NCBI GenBank assembly: GCA_003858585.1 | Contig: RQZE01000004.1 | Location: 1 to 32,000, forward strand | Direction of reading: 5' to 3' | DNA: 32,000 nucleotides | DNA from: Erysipelotrichaceae bacterium OH741_COT-311 | GTDB lineage: Bacteria; Bacillota_I; Bacilli_A; Erysipelotrichales; Erysipelotrichaceae | Shown: positions 16,412-24,539 of the stretch, one piece after another | How the letters are laid out: every line of letters begins with the position of its first letter | Numbering within the stretch: position 1 is the stretch's first letter | Position numbers and translations under genes: made by a program | Notes under the pieces: model-generated | What the model saw: only the letters and a program-made list of their open reading frames with translations | Database searches by the model: none | What the model was told of the DNA's origin: nothing

Positions 16412-17209
16412 TTAATTTGTTCCCATTGACATAGTTTCTGGTAACGTGCTTCCTCCATCAATTACAATTTGAGAGCCGGTCATATAACTTGATTCATCAC
16501 TTCCTAAAAATGCAAATAACTCTCCAACTTCAATTGGTTTCGCTAAACGTTTCATCGGTACACCTGCTGCAATACCTGCAATAGCCGATTCTGGATTTTC
16601 AGGGTTAGATTCCATTGCCATTTTTTCAACCATCGGAGTTCTTGCATAACCTAATTGTGTACAATTCACACGAATGTTACGACTTGCATATTCAACAGCC
16701 AGACACTTTGTTAAACCAACTAACGCCGCTTTTGTCATGGCATAGGCAGCCTCACCTGCATCCGCAACAATATCTCCGGTTACAGAAGATGCAATTACAA
16801 TATTTCCTTCGCCTTGCTTTAACATATATGGAATCACTGCTTTACAAGTATTCCATACACCTTTAATATTGACATCAATATGGAAATCTCGCATGGCATC
16901 ATCCATTTCTTCAAAAGGAGCCAAGCGACAAACGCCTGCATTGCAGCAAGCAATGTTAATCTCACCAAAGGTTTCAATTCCTTTTTTTACAGCATCTTCC
17001 ATTTGTTCACGATTAGCTACATCTGCAATAACACTGATAATTTTTGCATTATACTCTTTGCGAAGTCTATCTGCTGTTTTTTCAACTTCCGGTGATAAAT
17101 CGACCATAATCAGTTTTGCACCATACTTTGCATAAGCGATAGAAATTCCTTCACCAAGACCAACTGCTGCACCAGTAATCAACGCAACTTTTCCATCTAA
17201 TTTAGCCAT
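16412..17209 (-). CDS. ucpA: Short-chain dehydrogenase/reductase, UcpA-like
   Basis: TGAAVGLGEG cofactor motif, NNAG-equivalent CCNAG, catalytic S...YAMTK. The blocks DFHIDVNIKGVWN, SSVTGDIVAD and IDGGSTLPET are what I recall as typical of the UcpA subgroup. The symbol is tentative. Confidence 0.8.
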   Translation of the reverse strand: MAKLDGKVALITGAAVGLGEGISIAYAKYGAKLIMVDLSPEVEKTADRLRKEYNAKIISVIADVANREQMEDAVKKGIETFGEINIACCNAGVCRLAPFEEMDDAMRDFHIDVNIKGVWNTCKAVIPYMLKQGEGNIVIASSVTGDIVADAGEAAYAMTKAALVGLTKCLAVEYASRNIRVNCTQLGYARTPMVEKMAMESNPENPESAIAGIAAGVPMKRLAKPIEVGELFAFLGSDESSYMTGSQIVIDGGSTLPETMSMGTN

Positions 17210-17392
17210 TTCACAAACCTCCTTTATTTTATCTTTTTTTTTGTGATTCTCTTATTTCTAAGCGGATTTTCCGCATAGCTTTACAGTATAACTTTTTACT
17301 CTATTTAAGTGAAATGTCAATTATTTTTTTCTAACTTACAAATACTCAACCTTCTTTATATGTTAAAATAGATTACACTTAAAAATAAACTC

Positions 17393-17986
17393 TTATAATA
17401 TTTTATACATATCACTTTTATAAAACATCACTGATTCATTTTTATTTACATTTTTCAGTACTATCATGGTGTTATACACATCTGGAAATGGCGATACCAT
17501 TCCCATACATGCCATACCAAACATCAACCCATTCCATTCTTTAAATTCAGCAGGGCTTATTATAAAAACCATTAATGGAACTATGCCAAGTATAAACGGC
17601 AATAAACACATTAGTATAAATCTATTTCGTTTTAATGGATAGGATGCTAATGCGACAAAAATGAATTTTCCTTTGATTTTTCCGATGATCACATTTGCTT
17701 CCTTAGGATAGACAATTCCATGTAACCATTCATGAACAATCAGTAACAAATAACCCAATACAAAACCAATAAAAATAAATATTGGAGAAATTACAATTTC
17801 TTTACATGCAATCGTTTTGCATAACATAACGATAAAAAGCAAAAGGCACAGAATTACCGCAATCGGTGTAGCCTTTTTCATCATCTCTTCCACACTATGA
17901 GGTGTTTCTATTTTCACAGCATTATCCGGTAAATTAGCAACTTGATACTCATTGATATCATTTATTGATAGTCTTAACTTTATCAT
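17393..17986 (-). CDS. DUF3267-family membrane protein (putative zincin-like, HExxH)
   Basis: Four TM helices with HEWLHG embedded after TM2. Size and layout match the DUF3267 family. Confidence 0.55.
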   Translation of the reverse strand: MIKLRLSINDINEYQVANLPDNAVKIETPHSVEEMMKKATPIAVILCLLLFIVMLCKTIACKEIVISPIFIFIGFVLGYLLLIVHEWLHGIVYPKEANVIIGKIKGKFIFVALASYPLKRNRFILMCLLPFILGIVPLMVFIISPAEFKEWNGLMFGMACMGMVSPFPDVYNTMIVLKNVNKNESVMFYKSDMYKIL

Positions 17987-18099
17987 TATACATTCACCTT
18001 GGTTTCATAAAAAACTGAATATGATAGAGTCTAACACTCCATATTATTACTACCCTCATCATATCATAACACTGGTATTTTTTCTATTTGACACAATTT

Positions 18100-18124
18100 A
18101 AAAAACAGGAAAATAATTCCCTGT
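18100..18124 (-). terminator. Rho-independent terminator ~290 nt downstream of the methyltransferase gene
   Basis: On the minus strand: acagggaa-ttat-ttttcctgt, an 8-bp stem with one G-U pair and a tetraloop (18105-18124), followed by TTTTT (18100-18104). Confidence 0.55.
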
Positions 18125-18174
18125 CTTAATAACAGTCATAACAACTTAAGCTATTTTTACTATATATAATTACA

Positions 18175-18410
18175 TCAATTGTTCATTCCATCGTTAATGA
18201 GTAAATCTTTATATCTAACCATTAAAGCTAAACAATCTTCTTTTGTATAATAATCAATATAGTAAACATCCAAATAACTTCCATTTAAAACAAAGGTAAA
18301 GTATGCTTTTACCTATCGACACTTATTGGACATTCAAGAATAAAAAATAATGCATTATATTTTGAGTTGCATAATTTATGCCTTTTCACTAAATATAACA
18401 TGTCTTCCAT
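18175..18410 (-). pseudogene. Possible frameshifted small ORF (~78 aa if repaired), unknown function
   Basis: ATG at 18410 opens a 33-codon frame (MEDMLYLVKRHKLCNSKYNALFFILECPISVDR*). A 45-codon open frame without a start continues in the -1 frame (VKAYFTFVLNGSYLDVYYIDYYTKEDCLALMVRYKDLLINDGMNN*) to 18175. The terminator at 18100-18124 follows. Confidence 0.3.
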
Positions 18411-18414
18411 TTTC

Positions 18415-19569
18415 TTACTTCTCTATCTTTGTTAATAAAGCAATACACTCCACATGATCTGTAAATGGAAACATATCAACCGGTATTACTTCTGTATACT
18501 CATAACCAACTTTTTTAAATTCTTTTAAGTCTTGTTTTAATGTAGTTGGATTACATGAAATATAAAGCACTTTTTTAGGTTGTAATTTCCCTACAGCCTG
18601 TATAAAACTTTTTGTTGAACCACTTCTAGGAGGATCCATAATCAAGACATCAAACGTTTCTTTTTTCATTGCCATTTGATTCATAAAGACAGTGGCATCT
18701 TTTTTTATAAATTCGACATTTGTAATTTGATTTATTTTTTGATTAAACATAGCATCACCAATAGCAGCAGGATTTGATTCAACACCTACAACAAAATTTG
18801 CAAGTCTCGATGCGAGTAATGTAATGGTACCTATACCACAATAGGTATCCAATACTTTATCACTGTCTTTAATATCTGCTTTTTCAAGAGCCACTTTATA
18901 TAAACGTTCTGTTTGTATAGGATTTACTTGATAAAAAGAACGACTTGAAATACGAAACTTTAAATCATCTAAATAATCATAGATAAAACCAGGACCAATT
19001 ATCGTTTTATCATTATTTCCTAAAACAATTGATGTTTGTTTCGCGTTAACACTATAAGTAATCGTTTTTATATTAGGATGCTGTTTCATGATACTTTGGG
19101 CAAAATTTTTTCTTGAAGGAAACGTAGAATTTGCCAAGACAAAACAAACTAAGATTTCATCTGAATACTTCCCTACCCGAATTAATACATGTCTTAAAAG
19201 ACCATAGCCGGTATCTTCATTATAAGGTTCAATCTTATATGCATTTACATATTGTACAATGGTTTTTAAAATAGCATTGGCTTGTTTATCTTGCATGTAG
19301 GTATCTTTTTCTGCTATTACTTTATGAGTGTTTTCTTGATAAATACCTGCTATGACTTTTCCTTTCTTTTTTGCAAAGGAAGCAATCACTTTACAACGAT
19401 AATGATATGGATTTTCCATAGATAAAAATGGTGCAACATTAGCACCATGAAATAAACGTTGTAATTCATTTCTTTTCTTCGTTGAGCCTTCTTTGTACTC
19501 TTCCATCGTTGGAATCATCGTACATACAGCTTTTTTCATATGGTTATTTTTCATATTTTGATTATACAT
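18415..19569 (-). CDS. RNA (uracil-5-)-methyltransferase of the TrmA/RumA (RlmD-like) family, short form without an N-terminal TRAM domain
   Basis: SAM-binding DTYCGIGTI, DPPRSG motif, and C-terminal catalytic-Cys context VDMFPFTDHVECIALL. At 384 aa it lacks the ~60-aa TRAM segment of long RumA proteins. Confidence 0.8.
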   Translation of the reverse strand: MYNQNMKNNHMKKAVCTMIPTMEEYKEGSTKKRNELQRLFHGANVAPFLSMENPYHYRCKVIASFAKKKGKVIAGIYQENTHKVIAEKDTYMQDKQANAILKTIVQYVNAYKIEPYNEDTGYGLLRHVLIRVGKYSDEILVCFVLANSTFPSRKNFAQSIMKQHPNIKTITYSVNAKQTSIVLGNNDKTIIGPGFIYDYLDDLKFRISSRSFYQVNPIQTERLYKVALEKADIKDSDKVLDTYCGIGTITLLASRLANFVVGVESNPAAIGDAMFNQKINQITNVEFIKKDATVFMNQMAMKKETFDVLIMDPPRSGSTKSFIQAVGKLQPKKVLYISCNPTTLKQDLKEFKKVGYEYTEVIPVDMFPFTDHVECIALLTKIEK

Positions 19570-19591
19570 TAAGCACTATAAAATGTCATCT

Positions 19592-20506
19592 TTAATCGTT
19601 TAAATAATGATAGCTATTTTGTCCTGCAATTGCTCCATCGTTAACCGCAGTTACAATTTGTCTTAAATGCTTCACATTACAATCGCCAGCACCATAAATT
19701 CCCGGGATTGTCGTTTCCATCTTATCATTGACTACAATATATCCTCGATCATCTAAAATATTCAAATGTTTTAAAAAGGCGGTACTTGGTGTAGCTCCAA
19801 TATAAGGGAAAATACCATCTACTTTTAATTCTGTAATTTCTTTTGTTTGAACATCTTGAATACATAAAGTATCTACTTTATTATTCCCTTTGATTTCTAT
19901 TGGAACATGATTACGTATAATTTCTATCTTTGGGTGCTTTAACACTTTTTCTTGAATAATCGCTTCTGCTCGAAATGCATCTCTACGAATAATAATATAC
20001 AATTTTTCAACAAACTGGGTTAAGTAAAGAGATTCTTCTAAAGCAGAATTTCCTCCACCAATTACCGCAACAACTTTGCTTTTAAAAAACGAACCATCAC
20101 AAATAGCACAATAAGATACTCCCTTACTTATAAACGTATCTTCTCCAGGAATATTTAAAGGATTTGGATTTGTCCCTGTTGCCACAATAACAACTTTCCC
20201 TTGATATACTGTACCATCCATACAAATAATTTCTTTTATATTTCCATCTTTTAAATCAATCACTTCACCATATAAGTAATCTACTTCTAAATTTTGTACT
20301 TGCTCAAACATCTTTAACGATAAATCGACGCCATTGATTTGTGTAAAACTTGGATAGTTTAAAATCTCAGCCGTTTTCACCATTTTTCCACCCGGTGCAC
20401 TATATTCAATCATACCAACAGACAATCCAGCACGCTTAGCATAAATTGCTGCGCTCATACCTGCCGGACCTGCTCCAATAATGACTACATCATAAATTTT
20501 ACTCAT
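19592..20506 (-). CDS. trxB: Thioredoxin-disulfide reductase
   Basis: VVIIGAGPAGMSAA FAD motif, redox-active CAICDG, GGGNSALEE NADPH motif, RRDAFRA, and C-terminal GAGDC...Q.VTAV..G..A. Confidence 0.92.
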   Translation of the reverse strand: MSKIYDVVIIGAGPAGMSAAIYAKRAGLSVGMIEYSAPGGKMVKTAEILNYPSFTQINGVDLSLKMFEQVQNLEVDYLYGEVIDLKDGNIKEIICMDGTVYQGKVVIVATGTNPNPLNIPGEDTFISKGVSYCAICDGSFFKSKVVAVIGGGNSALEESLYLTQFVEKLYIIIRRDAFRAEAIIQEKVLKHPKIEIIRNHVPIEIKGNNKVDTLCIQDVQTKEITELKVDGIFPYIGATPSTAFLKHLNILDDRGYIVVNDKMETTIPGIYGAGDCNVKHLRQIVTAVNDGAIAGQNSYHYLND

Positions 20507-20527
20507 AACAACCTCCTAGTTATATTT

Positions 20528-20773
20528 TTAGTATACATGAATCATCATACCTTGATATAGATTTTGCTTTTTAAGACTACTATAAGGATTAAGAATACCT
20601 CCAGAACTTGCATCCACATAGATGTTATTACTAGAAAATATTTCTCTTTCTAAAAGGGTATTCAAAGCATTTAAGTTTTCCGATAAAGAAAAATGTATGC
20701 TTAAATACGTTTCAAATGTTTCATTTGTTTTTAAAGATTTAATTTTTACATAAATCATATTATTCATTTGCAT
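20528..20773 (-). CDS. YukD/EsaB-like small ubiquitin-fold protein (T7SS accessory)
   Basis: About 76-81 aa, alternating beta-strand pattern IYVKIKSL...FETYLSI, and a C-terminal L....L..G..I.V similar to YukD/EsaB. Possible starts at 20773, 20767 or 20758 overlap or abut the essC-like stop (20760-20762). I recall no strong signature motif for this family, so confidence is moderate. Confidence 0.5.
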   Translation of the reverse strand: MQMNNMIYVKIKSLKTNETFETYLSIHFSLSENLNALNTLLEREIFSSNNIYVDASSGGILNPYSSLKKQNLYQGMMIHVY

Positions 20774-23700
20774 AGCTTATTTTAATTATTTTCCCTTTAT
20801 AACAATATAATCCTTGATTATCTTCCACATAATCTTTATAAGGTATATGAAATGTAAATTGTTGTTGATAACCATCTCCCAGCCACAATAACGTGGAATA
20901 AAAATAGTTATTTTTTAATATAGATTTATTATAATCATAAGGATTTAAAAGTATGATTTGTTGTTCCTTTAAGTTTGTAATTTCTTGATACTGATCAATG
21001 ACTTTTATCTTACTTACTTTATTAAGTACCTGTTTATATTTTATAAGCAAATCATCATATAAACTTGAAATCACTAGAATAGGTTGCAGTGTAAAATCAA
21101 AATATACTTCTTGTAGTGTTATTTCATCGATACCTAATAAAAGTTTAGAGTTTTCATATTTCATTGTTATGGTTTTGGGCATTTCTAAAGTAAATGAAAT
21201 ATCTTTTTTTTGATAGTTAAAGGTAGATGGATGAGATAACTTAAAGATATATGGCATCGTAGTATAGGTAATACCATCAAATTCACTTTCTAATGTTGTT
21301 TTGACTACCTTATTAAATATCGCCATTAATTCATTAGTGTTACTTTTACCAATCACATAAGACTTAGAAGCAAGCTGAAACATATTAAAAGAAATGGAAG
21401 AAGAAATCGTTGTAAAAACCATAAATCTTAAGGAATACATACTATAATTTGCCATAATATTTAAAAGAAATTCTTGTAGATGTGGGTATAATTCTTTAAA
21501 GACATGATAACCATTAATAATTACTAGGGTATCTTGTTGATTATTCATCAAATAATGAAACACTCTTTGTATCAATTCTTTTTGATAACCATCAATGTAT
21601 AGCCACAAGATGTCATAATTAAGATATGTTTCAATACCAAAGCGATTAAAATCAATGAAGATAACACGATAATCAAACATAGATAACGATGTAAGAATAT
21701 TTTCAATACATCGATGTCTAGCTTCTTTAAAAAGAGAAAAAATAAATGTGATTGGATATTGTTTTAAATTATGAATAAATAGCCCCTGTTTCGCTTGATC
21801 GATATAATCAATTTCTCCCAAGAGTATCTCATATTTTTGCAAATCATACTGATATTTATGTAATAGCTCTTCCTGATTACATTCAGTTAACGGTTGTTGC
21901 CATATAGTTCTTGCTTTGTACTGATTGGCATACATGATAATGTTTTGCATAATACAATCAATTTCTTTTTTCATTGGTTTTTGTACGGTAATACTTTGCT
22001 TTTCAACCATACACCTAGAATTTAATAACGCAACTTTTAAAGTGTCATTTGGATTTTCAATGTTCATTGTACTTAGGGCTGCTTTAGCAAACTTAAGTTT
22101 CTGATCACAAAGAAAATAAAATTCTCCTGGATGTTTAATCATACTGGCTACATTAGACTCTATCATCTCTTTAGAATCTTGAGCTGTTTGCACTTTTAAA
22201 CATAATTTAAATCTTGCATTAGACCATATCTGATCATCCACTACACCACTTGGTTTTTGTGTAGCAAGTAATAAATGTATTCCTAGTGATCTGCCTATTC
22301 TTGAAATGGATATTAAATCATGAATAAATTCAGGTTGTTGTTTTTTTAATTCAGCAAACTCATCTGCTACAACAATTAAATGCGATAATTTTATAAGACC
22401 ATATTCTTCTTTATATAATTGTTGATATAAATCGATATTCATAACAGGTTCATTTGTCCTATCGATCATCTTTTTAAAAGCTTCTTGACGTAATTGAACT
22501 TCTTTCTTTAGTGCTAATATACTTCTTTGTATTTGTTCAGGTTGAATATTTGATATGCTTCCAACCAAATGAGGTAACACATACTGATCATTTTCAAACG
22601 CTAAACTTATACCTCCTCCTTTATAATCAATAATAATGAATTGCACATCACTTGGATGATAATTCATTGCCAAAGATAAAATTAAAGTTATTAGCAACTC
22701 GCTTTTTCCACTTCCTGTACTACCAGCAATCAAACCATGGGGACCCATACCTTTTTCATGTAAATCTATTTGAAAAAAAGTATGTTGTACCTTACCAATG
22801 TTGGCTTTTAATCCATGATATGGTTTATTTAATCGATAATTTCTTTCAATTTGAGTAAGATCTTGAATATCCAATATCGATAAGCATCCTTCTTTTACAT
22901 CGTGATTTAGATATGTGTTAGAAATATATAAATTTAAAGCATTAAAGTCAATATCAGTTAGATCATAGATATTGGTTTGATATTCCATACCATTTATTAC
23001 AATAGTATTATGAAATTGATCATTATAGATGATACATTCGCTATGAATATTAACTTTTTCTTTAGAAGTTACTAAATAGATATAAGATAATTTTTTAGGT
23101 GAAAAATCATAATCGAAATTACAGTTTTGAACAAACACAATTGTTGGCAAATCTTGAATATGAATGTAATTGTCTTGATATTCTTGTTGTGATGTGAATA
23201 CAAAATGTGCATATTTGTTTCTAACAAATGATAGTGTATTTAGATATGAATGTCTATTCAAAAAGAATGCATCACATAAAATGATAATTTGTAAAACATC
23301 ATAACCATGATAGCAAACCAACTGCAATAATATATATTTAAACATATATTCATCTTTTGAACATAAAGTAATATGTCTATATTTTTTAAAATCTAAGATA
23401 AACATCGAATGTTCATGTCTACTTAGCTGTTCTTTAAAACATTCTATTTTAAAATACAATTCATCTTCATCCACTAATGTATTTGGATACTTAAGATGAT
23501 ATTCTTCTTTTGATTGTCCAAATCCTAAGGAAATAGTTAAAAAGTCACTATGTGATGGTAAACGTTGAAATAAAGTTGGAAGACGATTGACAATCATTTC
23601 ATGCATATCTTTGATATTGGCATAGTTTTTTATACGTTGATTTAAGATATCATTAGTTTTACTTTTATATTCTTTTAATAATGCATCTAAATATGTTACA

Positions 23701-24539
23701 TAACGTTTCCTACGTTTTTGATTGTGTTTCTTAACACCTTTATGTTCAAAATAGCGTTGTAGTGGATTCCACAGTATGGTACTAATAAACATGGTAATCG
23801 GTAGAATTAACATAGGTATAATTTCAATTATTTTTCTTCTATTCAACAATGCATTGTAAAAAGTAAGTCCACCTACTGATAAAGAAGCCAATGACATTGT
23901 TAAAGCCGGTCCCATTTGTATTACAAAAGGATTTTTATGATACTCTAAATAACGCATTGGTTCTTTTAATGTAATCGTCGTTTCCATCTCTTCCACATAT
24001 CTACGATAGTGCTTAAAAAAAGAAATTGTATTTATGGTAGATTGAAAATCATATTGTGGTTTATATGGTTTTAAATCACAAAAAAAATTACATGCAATGA
24101 ATTTGTCATGGTAAATAATTTTATAATGTTTAAAATCGATATAATCAAAGTTTTTTAATAATCCTTCTTTCGTATATTCATCATTAAGAAATACTTCCAC
24201 ATTAGAGCGTAAATAGCCATCTATAATAGATAATTGTAATTTATTTTTCACTATATAATCACTATGTTTATAGTAATGATATTCCATTGGAAGATCAATG
24301 ACTTCAATCGTAATTGGATAGTATATATCTTGGCAATCTATTTTATATTTTGACTTAATAAATGGTAATTTTTGTTTTAACTGAATGTTTAAATGTTGTG
24401 ATAATTGAATCATCAATTGTTGGTCATAATATACTTTTACTGTTCCATTCATCAATGAAAAAGAAGTTTGAAATCCTTCTTTTTCGATCAATGCAACATC
24501 CGTTTTATGCTGATTTTCAATGAGACGTAGATACTTCAT
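20760..24539 (-). CDS. essC: EssC/YukB-like FtsK/SpoIIIE-family type VII secretion ATPase (short form, single intact P-loop)
   Basis: About 200-aa N-terminal soluble region. Two TM helices (residues ~205-232 and ~237-258) followed by a basic stretch KKHNQKRRKRY. Walker A GSTGSGKS lies at nt 22701-22724 and Walker B LIVVADEFAE at nt 22350-22379, followed by LLLATQKPSGVVD. Two further FtsK-like segments lack any GxxxxGK[ST]. Confidence 0.9.
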   Translation of the reverse strand: MKYLRLIENQHKTDVALIEKEGFQTSFSLMNGTVKVYYDQQLMIQLSQHLNIQLKQKLPFIKSKYKIDCQDIYYPITIEVIDLPMEYHYYKHSDYIVKNKLQLSIIDGYLRSNVEVFLNDEYTKEGLLKNFDYIDFKHYKIIYHDKFIACNFFCDLKPYKPQYDFQSTINTISFFKHYRRYVEEMETTITLKEPMRYLEYHKNPFVIQMGPALTMSLASLSVGGLTFYNALLNRRKIIEIIPMLILPITMFISTILWNPLQRYFEHKGVKKHNQKRRKRYVTYLDALLKEYKSKTNDILNQRIKNYANIKDMHEMIVNRLPTLFQRLPSHSDFLTISLGFGQSKEEYHLKYPNTLVDEDELYFKIECFKEQLSRHEHSMFILDFKKYRHITLCSKDEYMFKYILLQLVCYHGYDVLQIIILCDAFFLNRHSYLNTLSFVRNKYAHFVFTSQQEYQDNYIHIQDLPTIVFVQNCNFDYDFSPKKLSYIYLVTSKEKVNIHSECIIYNDQFHNTIVINGMEYQTNIYDLTDIDFNALNLYISNTYLNHDVKEGCLSILDIQDLTQIERNYRLNKPYHGLKANIGKVQHTFFQIDLHEKGMGPHGLIAGSTGSGKSELLITLILSLAMNYHPSDVQFIIIDYKGGGISLAFENDQYVLPHLVGSISNIQPEQIQRSILALKKEVQLRQEAFKKMIDRTNEPVMNIDLYQQLYKEEYGLIKLSHLIVVADEFAELKKQQPEFIHDLISISRIGRSLGIHLLLATQKPSGVVDDQIWSNARFKLCLKVQTAQDSKEMIESNVASMIKHPGEFYFLCDQKLKFAKAALSTMNIENPNDTLKVALLNSRCMVEKQSITVQKPMKKEIDCIMQNIIMYANQYKARTIWQQPLTECNQEELLHKYQYDLQKYEILLGEIDYIDQAKQGLFIHNLKQYPITFIFSLFKEARHRCIENILTSLSMFDYRVIFIDFNRFGIETYLNYDILWLYIDGYQKELIQRVFHYLMNNQQDTLVIINGYHVFKELYPHLQEFLLNIMANYSMYSLRFMVFTTISSSISFNMFQLASKSYVIGKSNTNELMAIFNKVVKTTLESEFDGITYTTMPYIFKLSHPSTFNYQKKDISFTLEMPKTITMKYENSKLLLGIDEITLQEVYFDFTLQPILVISSLYDDLLIKYKQVLNKVSKIKVIDQYQEITNLKEQQIILLNPYDYNKSILKNNYFYSTLLWLGDGYQQQFTFHIPYKDYVEDNQGLYCYKGKIIKISYANE

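Noticed and set aside
17262-17274. gcgga-ttt-tccgc hairpin in the SDR upstream region as a terminator or riboswitch element
   Set aside because: It has a 5-bp stem only, no U-tract on the minus strand, and no extended conserved structure around it.
21342-21350. G-K-S tripeptide (YVIGKSNT) in the second FtsK-like segment of the EssC-like protein as a possible second Walker A
   Set aside because: It lacks the upstream Gly/Ala of GxxxxGK[ST] (a Lys is at that position). It also sits at the end rather than the start of the domain, so it is not a P-loop.
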